In this document: positions 13,001 to 25,900 of the stretch, piece after piece
How positions within the stretch are numbered: the stretch's first letter is position 1
Layout of the letters: each line of letters starts with the position of its first letter
From: Balanoglossus misakiensis
Lineage: Eukaryota; Animalia; Hemichordata
NCBI GenBank assembly: GCA_040954595.2
Contig: CM082577.2
Coordinates: 10,441,846-10,505,845, forward strand
Reading direction: 5' to 3'
Length of the DNA: 64,000 nt
Notes under the pieces: generated by a model
Seen by the model: only the letters and a program-made list of their open reading frames with translations
Database searches by the model: none
Told to the model about the DNA's origin: nothing
Position numbers and translations under genes: made by a program

Positions 13001-16000
13001 GGGAATTCTAATAACATTAATATTCACTTTTGGTTGAAGACACTTATTTGCAATTCTGCACGTGTCATGGCAGCAGTAGTAAATACCCATTTCCATCAGT
13101 CTGAAAAAGCTCACAAAACTGGCTTGTTTAATCAATTTTCTTGCACCACATAAAATGCCGAGCCGATTCTGCCTCGAGGGGGACTGATCAGCATGTGTTC
13201 TGAGAAGGCGTAAGTACTGTATCTTATTGAAAAGAAGAAATATTGTTTCTCTGCGAGTTTAATATAAAATAGGTGGCTCACAGGAATAAAGTAGAAAAGA
13301 GGTGAAACTGTATTTCTTTTTGTTCCTTAATCTGTCGCCTTTGTGATTTTTTGTCACACTGAAACTACATCAGGCAGTAGATGCTGTTATTTTTTGCATT
13401 GAGGAGAGGATTTATATAAGAGCTTAGCCTAGTGTTTGTGTATCGAAATAGCGAGTCAGCGCAACAAAGAACCAGTCATTTCTGTTCCCCCAGAAGACAC
13501 AATTATCATAATCTCATTTATTTTGATTTATGTAATCACAACTAAATTTAATAAGAAATAAAAAGGATTGGCACGAGCCGGTAATGGAGAAGTGCGCCTG
13601 CTGTTTGGCTAACGTCTGCGGTGTAACCGTCGTTGACGTCATTTCCACTGGACCGCAAACAACTTGAACGCAATCTTCCTTTAATGCGGGAATGCACTAA
13701 TTTTTTCTCTCAATCGGCTGAGACATTTTCTGAGCTGGAGACATCAAACAAAATGGCAATTTCCAAGTGACCCTGTATTGTGCATAGAATTCACAGTCAC
13801 ATCTCCCAATAGGCAGATCGCCTCAGCTGCAAACGCAGTCCTGGATTTGCAGTGCTTTGTCAATACAAATATTAGTTAACACTTCTAATCCAAGTATTGA
13901 TCAAGCCACCTTTCAAATTTCACGAAGAAACCCTCTCAAAAAAGAAACACTTCGCAAGAAGCTGTGTGCAGTCTTTTTTATCCCATTTACCGATTACTAA
14001 TTCTCAGCACGTGTTAGACCGAGGGTGATTTCAGCGCTAAGCATAATGGTCGATGTATTCTACTGCAGCAGATCTCGTGGGAGTTGATGACATCAGACTG
14101 AGCGAAAAAAAACATGTTTATAAGTCCAACTCTAGGTGTAAAGGATTTTATCATCAGCTTGTGTAGAACATGTTAGTTCTTGATCAGATGTTTTTTTGAA
14201 AAGACTGAACCCATCAGGACAGGATTAGAGTTGCGCAACAAATAGCTCCTAGTTTAACATTACAATTCAAAGTTTAAGCTGTATGCAATATAGAATAAAA
14301 TGAAAATACATCTTGAAGCAGGAACAGAATGCAATACTGGCAGTGGAACCTAAAAAAATAAATAGTGATAAATGCTCATTGTCCAGAAAAAAAATAGTTT
14401 TTAATATTTTATTTTTGTAAGACTGAATATCGTTTTGTTCAGATTGGATAGGTTACCAGAGCTCTAAATGCGAACGACCTAGATCACGCAAACAGCTAGG
14501 CTCCGCGGTCCCACTGACGTCATTTCATTTCCTATGTCACGCTAATGTATCTGTTGTGCGTCTGGGCAGGACTGGTTCATTCCGACCGAAGGGGGAATAG
14601 CGGGCCGGTCCGAGCTTGTTTTTGAAATGTGGTCAGCATACCATATGGTTTTCCAGTCATTAGCATGATTAGAAGAACAAAACAGCCGCCCGATTTCTTT
14701 GTGCGGAACGCTTTCAGCGCTGATGACGGTGCTTTCAGATGTTGCACCTTTGTGCTGGCATTGTGACGCAAGCGGTCGTGCATCATTATTTTTTGAACTA
14801 GCGGCCTTGTGTTTGCTTTGTAGGTAACGGAGGTGTGGCAAGCACAAAGTAAACCCCCAAATATGTTTTAAAATATTTATAGTGGAATTGTTGACTCTTG
14901 GGTTATTGTGTATTTGAATATTATTTTTTTGTTCAATTTGATGTGGTGACATGTTTTCATTGAGAATCCATCCTGGTTGTGTGACAGATGCAAGATTATT
15001 TTTATGAGTCGCACAAAAAAAGAACGCATGTTGCTATTTGCGGGATAGTAATTGTCAGGGGTCTGTGTGGCAAATGTAACGGTGATGGTCGTCCGGAGAA
15101 TTGTGAATGACGTGTTGCCATCTGTTGGTGGTTTTGAAGGAAGGGGGAGCCCTGTGACGTCGCTGCAGGGGTCATCCTGTTTCTCTCCACACAGTTTGCA
15201 GGGAATGAACAAAAGTGGCCTTAACCTTCACTGATTGAAGGTCAAAAGATATGGTAGAGTATAGTGAACTGAAACAATGACTTTGCAGAGTGTCAATTTA
15301 GATGATTAAGTAATCATGCGCAGGACTTCTATTCTACATGCGCCCAGACATGGTTGGTAATGTCCCATCTGCCTGTCTCGCTGGCTCATTAGATTTTCGT
15401 CAACATACACAGCTGTTTAATCGTGTGACTGAATGCGGAAAAAAATTGGAAGTTCAAGGAATTTGATTAATCCAGCTTAATGAAACGCGCCCGCATGTTG
15501 GACTAAGGTTGGCGGGGGTCTACTTTATTAATAATCCCCCAAACGTTTGGCTTTTAAACCGAGATATTTGGATTGATTTCAGTGATCAGTCCATAAACGC
15601 TCTGTTTTATTGAGTTATTATAGCGTGCAGCCAGATGCAATTGTTTTCACAGTCTGGTAAAACGGTGCAGCGTTCAGTGAGTCAGTCGTGCATAGGTAAT
15701 GTTTCCCATATTGTCTCTTTTGCGTAGTTTTTCTTTCGGCGTTCAATTTTACGGCACCTATCTGGACTTGAAACGAATTCAAAAGCATGTTCATTAAAAC
15801 AGTAAGATGCCTATTCCTCGAGGACTTCCTGGAAAACGTGAAAAGCATTTTTCGGGGTTCAGCTGGCTGCTGTCTATTAATTGAAGATCTGAACAGAAGT
15901 GGGCGATAATGAGTCTCTTTGTCCGTGTGTCTGTTTGTCAGAAGTGTGAAAAAATATCACACCCATATCAGTAGTGGCATTCAAATTTAGTAATTATGGA

Positions 16001-16635
16001 AAGTGTGCTACTATCTGAAGTCTCTTTTTGTCTGATGATAAATACTCTACTGCAATGATATATATACACAAAAATATACTGATGAAATTTTCAGTGCGGT
16101 GGAAAGCACATTATTAAAATGGTTGTTTTCTCAGAATGAGGATGTTTTTGTGAGCGATTGATTGCTGGGGTTAACCAAAGAACACGAGAACTGTATCATT
16201 GCTAATAATTTTAATGTCTGTCCATTTTTTTTTTTTTTTGTGGTTTTTAAAAATGAGGAAATATTAGATTTTCACACCTGTTTATTTGAAAACCAAAATA
16301 GCGCCCTCTGTAGGCAAAATTTAATACCTTGCAGGTATCCAGCTAACGAGTTCAAAAATTTAAACCTGTGTTATGACATTTGTTTATTTTGGGCCAGATA
16401 TTGGGTGAAGACATAATTGTCTTTTTGTTGTGCATGTCCTGGGTGTGTGTGTGACAATGTGTGTGTGCATGTGTCGGTATGTGATTTACAAATATTTCAG
16501 AAATCCTGTTGGGGACACTTTTAGTAATATTCCAGTAAAAATAGCTGGTTGGTATCAAGCGGTTGCTATCAATAATACACGTAAATGAATATCCTTGAAT
16601 GTTTTTTTACTTCATATGATCCCTTGTCTTGAGTT

Positions 16636-16654
16636 TTCCTTAACTCCTGTGCAC
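16636..16654 (+). promoter_or_regulatory. U12 (minor spliceosome) branch site and AC 3' splice site of an AT-AC intron
   Basis: TTCCTTAAC at 16636-16644, then 10 nt ending in AC (16653-16654), no AG acceptor nearby; the exon resumes A|TGG TTC GAA CGA = (P)WFER. Confidence 0.9.
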
Positions 16655-16900
16655 ATGGTTCGAACGAGTCAGCATGTTGATCATCTTGCTCAACTGCATC
16701 ACGCTGGGGATGTACCAGCCGTGCGACGACGAAGTCTGCGACTCCCAACGCTGCAAGATCCTGGAGGGCTTTGACCACTTCATCTTCGCCTTCTTCGCCT
16801 CCGAGATGGTGTTCAAGGTGTTGGCCTTGGGATTTGTGGGCAAGAACGCTTACTTATCAGATACGTGGAATAGACTAGACCTATTTATAGTCATTTCAGG
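16655..16900 (+). CDS. Cav3: Cav3 exon: domain I S1-S3 ([14 protein letters not shown]...[12 protein letters not shown])
   Basis: 246 nt, AC acceptor, GG|gtgagt donor (phase 2). Confidence 0.95.
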
Positions 16901-19900
16901 GTGAGTATTGTCTTTTTTTACCGTTGTCCGGTTTGGTCGCGTGCGGTCGTCTTCTTTCTGTGCGGTAAAAATGGTATCTGCCCCTTTCCTCGTAGTCTCA
17001 TTCTTGTAAGAACACCCCCCACGTAGTCAGTTCCACTAATTTCTTCCACTCATCACACTCACTTGTGCAGTAACGATCTCCACGTGCAAATTCAGTGGTG
17101 ACTTGTGTCTGTGGTTCGGAACATCTAACCCGTCTAACAAGAGTTTCGTTCATTTTCCTTGTGGTGTGACTGTCGGAGTGAACATAGTCTTTCTTCCGAC
17201 TTGTATACGTCTCTCACATTTCAGAGTCAGTGAGCATGCGTTCAGTACATCATGCATTGCCATTGATGTGTTATAGAGAAAGAAAAAAACATATTAAACA
17301 ACATTAGAAGATAACTGTATAGTTTGAAACTGTCCCCTAATATATCCAACGCCTGTGTCCCTGTCTATGCCAGCACATTTTCGTATTTGTTGCAACATCA
17401 GCTGACATTTTGTTTTGGATGTTTGTGTTTGTACATTTGTGTATGTGTTAACCCAAGGAATGATATGATGTACATTTTGCTGCCGATTTTCAAAGTCTAA
17501 TATATGTATATGTGTGTAATTTGCACATGTTAAGTATGTACATATTTTTGAAGGTATGTTTTCATATGGGCACATCTGTGTCTGTGAAAAAGGCAACATC
17601 AATGTATTTTGCCGCCGATTTTGATTATATTTGTCTCAAATTTTAGTCTGTTTGCATTGTTCTGTACATTGAAATGTGCTGGACTAATATCTGCAATAGG
17701 GTCTCTACTTGCAGTTGCCTCTAAGATACGTTAACCCTTCATTCATGTCATAGGTCACCAGGGGGTCGGGGTTCAGCACTTTTCAGAGAGCGCACAACAA
17801 TGTGAATCACTTCCGACATGAACTAAAAATAATCAAAATGCTGACAAAATACATTGAATTTGTCTCTTTTGATGGCTTCGATGTTATAATATTCCCTGCA
17901 TCTTGAACAAAAGAAGTGTGGTCATGTGTCTTGCACGGCATATCTGGCAGCCCTAAAAAACTTTCCAGTGTATGTGAATGAGGGAAAGCATCTGTTTCCA
18001 GCCCCTTTTGTTTGCAAAAATAAAAAAAATGTTAAATTTTTACAATTGGATGTAACATTTTTGGTATTTAAGACATGGCATGCGTAAATGTATCTTTGTC
18101 AATGTCCAATGGCTGCACGTACGTAAAGCCAAACTGTTGGCAATTTTTTAACCCATTAACAAGAGAGAAGGGACTGGGGGGGGGGATACTTTTGCACCAG
18201 CATGTCATATGGCGGGAACTGTTGTCATTTCTGTGCACAAACCTGCACACTTTTCCCGCTTCACGGGGACAAGATAACAAAATGCTAACTACAAGCGCTC
18301 TCACTATCCCCAAACCCTCACATGTAATCATCATTTATGGACAGATTTCTCTGTAATAAATCGCAACGGGGCGTTTTTTCCCCCTCCACTCATCTTGACC
18401 TTTGACCTCTGTTGTGTGACTTCAGTGTTCTAATCTGGGTGCATGCACTTTACCCCCTGTCTGGGGTCAGGTGCGGGTAATTTGCATATTGCATGCGTGA
18501 CTCGCTCACCCCATTAAAACCGTTCTACCCACTCGAAAAACCAGTCTTCCCACAATGCATCAATCCTCCATCTGTCACTAAATGTTCCATCTTCACAATC
18601 TTTGTCCTTCATTAAAACAATTTATTTTGCCAGCTCTCTCATCAACAGCTTTTTATGCCTTCTGTTGCACTCTTCACAAACATTCGTTCGCAAACTAATA
18701 AAAAAACCAGACGTTTTATTTTCACTTTTATTATTATTTTAACTATTTTATTTTTGTTTTATTCATGTTATATTTGAAAATCAGACTTTTCTCTGTATTT
18801 ATGATTCATAATTTATATAACTAATCACTATTGTCACTTTCTTTTTCTTTTCAACCTCAAAAGCGTTGCTGATTATCTTATCGCGTAAGATATCCCACCT
18901 CGTCTTTCCCACGTAATTGCATAGATTATATATGATGTAGTATGCTTTAAGATGAGAGTAAAAAAATAAGCGAATATGCACACTGAGTGATAATGGGTAA
19001 CAACTCAAATATTGAGGTCCACACTGGTGTTTGTGCTAACGATAGTGTGTCATTGCATTCCATGTTCATTCACATTTAAAAAAAATCACATATTAAAATC
19101 TCGCATAGTTTTGTTTGCCTGATGTTGGTTTGCAATGTATCGTGAGTCGTTTGCGATTTGCAATCACAATGAGAAAAAATGGAAACAATAAGCTTTTTAG
19201 AGAAAATTTGTTTGCTATCCCAGAATTCATTTGTGTTTCTTTGAAACCTTGGCCCAATTTCTTATTGTTGTCGTCAAAGAAAAAATTTGGATGTTTTACC
19301 GAAATTCTACAGGTGTTTTTTTTACGCCCTTTATGCCCTTTCTGTCTTTCCATTTTTAAGATTACAAGAATCATTTAGAATCATTACAGAAAAAGTGCAT
19401 TGATTATTTTTAAAGACATCAATAGTTAATAAAGTTTCTACTGATTTTTCATGCGTTAGAAACAAAAATTGATAAATGAATAAAAAAATGTCATGAAAGT
19501 AGTAACTTGTTAAATATGGCTCGTGCAGCTGCCAAATCTAGTTTGTGATATTGAGCAAAAGTTTCTTTTATTCTTATTTTACATCAAGCTTCCTCATTTT
19601 TGGTAATATATGTATCAAATGTCTAGACCCAGCTTTATTTCTGTTTTGTGGCATTTTTTCTCTCGAAATAACAAGACTAATGAAAAGTTGAATTTCCGCT
19701 TGGTCCGAATTCATGATGAGCACAGTAGTGTCGTTTGTTTGTTTGTTTGTATGGCATGGCGATGTTTGCCTGGTCATAATTGTTAAAGCATGTGTGAAGA
19801 TTAAAGATAAGACGTGCACATAGCTCTCTGCATGTAGGTGTCCAAGTGTGCGTATAGTAGGTGTTTGTGCACGTGTACGTGTCGTGCGCTCATTACGTAT

Positions 19901-22900
19901 GCGCAGACACGATGGCAACTACCTCAGTCGCGTACATACACAACCAGTGTTTCTCTGCTGGTTTGCTGCTTATAGCTCCACACGTACGACTGATGTTTTT
20001 GCTTGATGCTCGATAAACGTAGTTCTTGTGTCTGCGTGTGTACAACACCATCTGCATTTCAACAGCTTTTTAATGTTTTTTGCATTTCTGAGAGTGTGTG
20101 GGCCTCAATATGATAGTTTGCATGACGGTGTCTATACCATTATTCTCATGGTGCCTCTCTTCAAAATTTTGATGAAGTCCAGCTTTAGACTTTTTTAATA
20201 ATTCGCAGAAAAATTTAACGGCATTTAAAAAAAATCAATAAGATCGTAATCGTTATTTTTTTAGTTAAAAAAAATCCAACCGTGCCTGCTTTTTTTACCC
20301 AGGCCATCTTAAATTTCAAAGGATCAAGCGGAAAATATCTCAGGCAGATTTTTTTTTCTGTCCTTGTTAAAAGTAGGGCCATACTTTCAAATTATGTAGG
20401 CAACACAGGGGGAAAGAAAAATCAATGAAATGTTTGTTTGACTACTGTTTACAGTAAACGTGATAGGAAGGGGAATTATTCATCAATATTTTTTTATCTC
20501 AAACAATCCCCAACAATGCGTTGGACTTCATTGAACTTATGAAGAAGGCCCATAGAAAAAAAAGAGTTATTTTCGGGGGAAAATAAAATATGGGGGGAAA
20601 ATATATACAGTGTATGTGTCCGGATCAGAAGGGCGGCTCATAAATTCAATGAAGTGCCATCTAGTGAGTATTATGAGTAAAAACACTCTCATGGTACAAT
20701 TCCCCAGAGAGAGAGAACTTGATATCGTACGGAGAAAGCGAGCGAGAAAGATTGCCCTAGTATTTGCCGACTTGAGGCCCTCGCGATAAAATTAATCACA
20801 CCCGAATGGGAAGGACGTACGTGGCCTTTGTATGATTTCTGTTTCTGCCGCGCTTTCGCAAAAAAAATCAAAACTATGTTTACATCTTCAATTGATCGCG
20901 TTGACAGCAAACAATTATTAGCGGGTTTAGGTCTCTGCTTTGCGTAAAAAAAATCAGAAACATCTTGTTATCCGTCTGATGGAGAGAATAAATTGTTCTT
21001 TTGTGTATAATCCCAGCCTACTTCGTTGTATAGTTGTCGAGAGATTTGATTTTTCGCTTCCCTGGCCACTGATAAAACATTCTTGCGTAGATTGTATACC
21101 GGATTGTTGCTTCTTCCGATTGGCGTCCAGGGTCACGCATTACCCTAATTTGATAGCTAGTGTCTCCGGAGTATCGTCAAATTTTCGGCGGCACTCGAGA
21201 ATTGCTAATTGGTCAGAAAGTCAAATACGTTGGAGATTTCAGAATTGAAATAGAAGTGGTGGATGGGGTATTTTTTATGAAACCGCAGCTCAAGTGCGTG
21301 CAAAATGATAAAGGCGATCAGCGTGATAATAACCGTTTCTGGACAGAATTGTTATTACCCAGGAGTATTGAGTTAAAGTGTGTTTTTATGAACTGGACAG
21401 ACGGCCGTGTACGTTAATTCTGTTGTTGTTTTCTGTTACAGTCGTCTCAGAACCGCTACATCATTATCCATTCATATGAAAATCTACTAGTGATGCAATG
21501 TTCACGTACCCCTCATGTCACAGAGCCAAGATCATTAATTGATATCATTCTCAAATGAAATTGAAATGACTTAATTGGTCCAGTATACAATATTACACCT
21601 GTACTAATTCCCCCCCCCTTCAACGTCCGACGTTCACTTTTGCAGATTAAACAAAAAATGCATTGTCAAATGTATGTCATTGATCTCTCCACGTCAGCAA
21701 ATCAACGATTTTATGAGCATGTGACTGTGATATCATTCCATTCATATGTTACTTTTCGAGTGAGAAATCCAACGCAAATTTTCGACCTCACTCAGAAATG
21801 CACACACGCACGTACACACACACATCATTACAACCCCGATTTAGAAATATTTTTCTTTCTTTCAACCGCCATCAAGTTTTATGAGTCTACCGAGCCCAAA
21901 TCCTGACCCATACACATGTATCATTGCAACTCGAAGGGTGATGTGGTTGAAATTGATGTACGATCGTTGTGTGTGTATTATTAAGAGGGTGGATTTAGAA
22001 GAGAATATGCAGATCTGGGTTTGTGTTAGGTACGTGTGAATGCACATGTGATGGTATTGTATACCAGGGTATATATTATTGGTGCATCAACAAAGGATAT
22101 AGTCTGCCTGAAGAAGTTTTATTGGGTGTGCGTTATAGAGTCGTGAAAGTTGATTGTGGATGTTTTATGGAATTCATGCATTTTAGCAGAGTGGAATTTC
22201 ATTTTCACGCTGTATTTTTTTCCTCATTCTCAGTTAAGAAGAGTATCACAATATTTTGTGGGTACGATTTTGAGTCAAATGAGGTACCGTGTGAATTTGA
22301 CGAAAAGGGGAAAATTGACAAATGAATGCACGTCTGATCCTGTCCGGAAACTGTGGTATAGACTTGATAGACCGATCGTATGTGGCACGATTTTAACACG
22401 TGGTTGTGGGAATTCTATCATTTCTTTCCAACCAAGTGCCTCCACCTGCCTGCCAGGGAAAATTGTAAATGGTGGTTTATAAAAAAATATAAAAGGTGTG
22501 GTCACATGTGAAATGGGAGCTCTGGATATTAAAATTCTACCTGGTAGCAATGTGGTCTTCATAGACTGGTATTTGTGGAGTGCGTGTCAGTATGTAGTGA
22601 TTGATTGATGAGATAGAAATAAAAACCTCACATAAAAGTGATATTTATTCTGTCTGACCATTTCTGTTTTTATATTCTGTTTGTATTGCAGAGCATTAGA
22701 GTATAGTTTGAATATGGAGAATGTGACTTTATCAGCGATCCGAACAGTCAGGGTTTTACGACCTCTCCGAGCTATCAATAGGGTTCCAAGTAAGTGACCG
22801 ACATTCTACAATGCTTTAAGTGCACATTTATTTTTCAAACGCATAGAATTTATGCTCTCTTCCAGCCGGTTGATTGCGAGCATGGATTTATCAATAATGT

Positions 22901-25900
22901 GGTAAAAAACAAATAATGGAAGTTCCATGCTGTTTTTTAAAAGGCATGTTCAGTACATTCTTGCAGTAACCTTCCCACCCCTGCACCCAGGTGTGCGGCT
23001 CCAAATTTGCCACTGAAAACCATGACAGTGGATCAAACTATTGAAGTGGTAGGGGTGGAGTTGCAGATTCTTGGAACAGAAAATGTTTTATCCTTGTGAC
23101 TGCATAATATTGATAGTGTAGTATTTACCACTTTGTTCTCAACTTGGGTGCCAACTGCGGTCGAAATTGTCCTTTTAACATTCATTTAGATACAAATAGT
23201 CTTCTGTCATGTACTACGCATATTTTTTCAACCACATCTATCACAACAAACTATGTTCACACTTAAAGCGGCTGTATTTGGCTGTACGTGTACATGTTTG
23301 TTAACCCATTGAGGTTTGAGGGGAAGTTGGCGTTTTGCTAAACAAAGTTAAGTTAATTTGTTTTTCCATTGAGGGTGGAATTTGTTTGATATCCCGGACA
23401 AGAACCACATACCGTGGAAATTGGGGGAAATTAGGAATTTAGGAAACTTGGTTAGGAAACACATAAATGCACGGCGGTGGGACGTTTTACTCATTTCCTA
23501 ATTGGATTTTCAGAGAAGGTGCCACACATCATGCACAAATTGTTTTTGTCAAATCTCCCTCAACTCAACAATGATATATAATGTGCATATTTCGTCAAAG
23601 ACATTAGCATATTAGAGTTGACATTGTACTTTGGGGGGGGGGGGGGGGAGAATTTGGTGGATTTCTTGTGTGTTTAAAGTTGAAAAAATGTGGGCCATTT
23701 CATGAATAACCCAGTAACAGCCCTGACAAGTACAACAAAGATCACACGTCTGTATCACTAGCTGGGGTACATGCAGGGAGCGAATATATTTTTGGACTAG
23801 TTTTAAGTTTCTAGCAAATTCTTTTTAAGTGCAGAAATTTGCATGGCAGTACCACAGTGGAGTTACAGAGCTGTGTTGGCAAATTGCCACCTTTTGGATT
23901 TGCCCGTCAAAAATAGCCACTGCAATTTCCAGCAGCCAAAGAAAAAAGACGAACACTGAGATTCAACATTACATCACTATTTTAGCATATTATATACCGG
24001 TTAAGGATGTACGCGCAGAACATAAACCGGAAAACTGCGCGCCCCGTCTTTTTCCCATAGGATTACATTGAAAATTGCTAGAAAACAAACTTCTACTATT
24101 GTCATTTTCACGAAATTTTACACATAGCTCAGTCCAGCAAATATAAATTCATTGGTCAAATAAAATATAGGGGTCACCGCGCTCTATTTTGAGATAAATT
24201 GCGTCAAAAATTTTGCCCATAGACAAACCATTGGTGAAAAATGCTGAGTCAGCAGTTTTCTTCTATTATCGACTAAATTCATGGCTCTGTATTTCAAAAA
24301 CAAGCGCGGTGACCCCTATATTTTATTACGGATTTTCATTATACATACAAAGGAGAATCCAAAAATCCACAATTAAAAAAAATGACAATACTTTCAATTT
24401 TACTGAACGTACATCCTTAAGTGGAGGAAGCTCCATTTCTTGTATTAAGAGTAGATTTTACCAGGGTTGACATAATCAAGGCTGGGTGGGTTAATGGACA
24501 GTTCACCTCCGTGATTGCCGCAGTATCTATAATGTATATCGAATATGGTGATGTCCCTCTTGCCTTAGTAAACGAAAGTGGTTCGGTTTTAATAATAGCC
24601 ATGCACAGTGCATTTGCTGAGATAACCTTTGAAGTGAAGTTTATAATCTCAGTGGCATTGATTAAACTTGGCAATTCTTGGTGTGCGTACATGTACGTGG
24701 CGACAGATTTCCATTTGGATGTAAAGATGCGCGCGCAGAACGTAAACCGGTAAACGGCATATGTCTGCTACCAGAGGATTACATTGAGATTGCTAGAAAA
24801 CTGACTTCTGTGATTTTCAGGAAATTTTACATATACATGTAGCTCGGGGTATCAAAATAAATCATCGGTCAAATAAAATTGGATGGTCACTGCACTCTAT
24901 TTTGAGATAAACTTCATTAAATGTTTTGTCTATATATGCAAACAACTGGTGGAAAAATGCTGACTCAGCAGTTTTCGTCAATTATCGACTAAATCCACTG
25001 CCTTGTATTTCAAACACAAGTGCGGTGACCCGTGAATTTTATTACAGATTCACGCAAAATGGGACACTGTGTTCTCCCTTGCGTCACTTCCCGTTCTGAG
25101 AATCTAATAAGAACACGTAATCGTAATCTTGAAGTAATATCTTGTTCTTGCCTTTTGCAACGTCTCGTCAGTTGCAAACGTCATCCAGTAAAAAAAGCAG
25201 GTAACTAGGGCGGCGTACTCCTTAATAACCCAGCTCCTTCTCTTCCGTCAGACTTGGAAAAAAATGAGAAACTCCATTTTGAGATTACTTCTAGTGAACG
25301 GGGGTCTCGAACGCCTTCTTTCAATCTGTAAATGTCAAAATTGATTTGCCAGTCCAATTATTTCCAGGCTCCAAGCCCCCTTTTTTGGAGAAAGAAAATT
25401 CCTAGCCAGGGTACAGTAACAATAGCTATACCTCGGCACCAAGACAGAGTAATTTCCCTCGTGCCCGGGGGCCAAATTACGCCTCCCGATCTGATAAAAA
25501 TACACATTTCCTGCCAACCCCACCATGCATGTAATTTATTTTGTGAATTTTGTAGAGTCAATCTGGCATTTTCTTGTTTAAAGGCCATTTGTGAGCGAAA
25601 GTAGATGTCTTTAAACTCAGATGAATGAAATGAATTTTACATTTTGTTGGAAATCACTAATAGATGATATCGTCGTAGACAAAAGTAAAGAACTTAAAAT
25701 GTATGAATTGTCTGCTAACTGCATTGGTCGTGCATAACTTTCTTACATACACATCATACCCTTCAACTTTACCAAAAAATAATACAAACTTCAAGCTCCA
25801 GTAAACTCCAGAGGGAGAGATCTGAGACCGACTGACCATCCTAGTTGTTCTGTCAGAGTTTCTTGAAACGAAACAGCAGGGCGGTCATAAATTTGAAATT

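Noticed and set aside
1-16600. Short ORFs in the first 16 kb as genes or as the Cav3 N-terminal exon
   Set aside because: None resembles a known protein or the conserved Cav3 pre-S1 segment; composition is intronic; no exon ending in CC|ATATCC was found.
17772-17794. RE1/NRSE-like motif TTCAGCACT...AGAGAGCGC
   Set aside because: Half-site spacing and several core bases deviate from consensus, and REST may not exist in this lineage.
20700-21450. CpG-rich patch as an internal promoter
   Set aside because: No recognisable core promoter or spliceable first exon; could be a repeat remnant.
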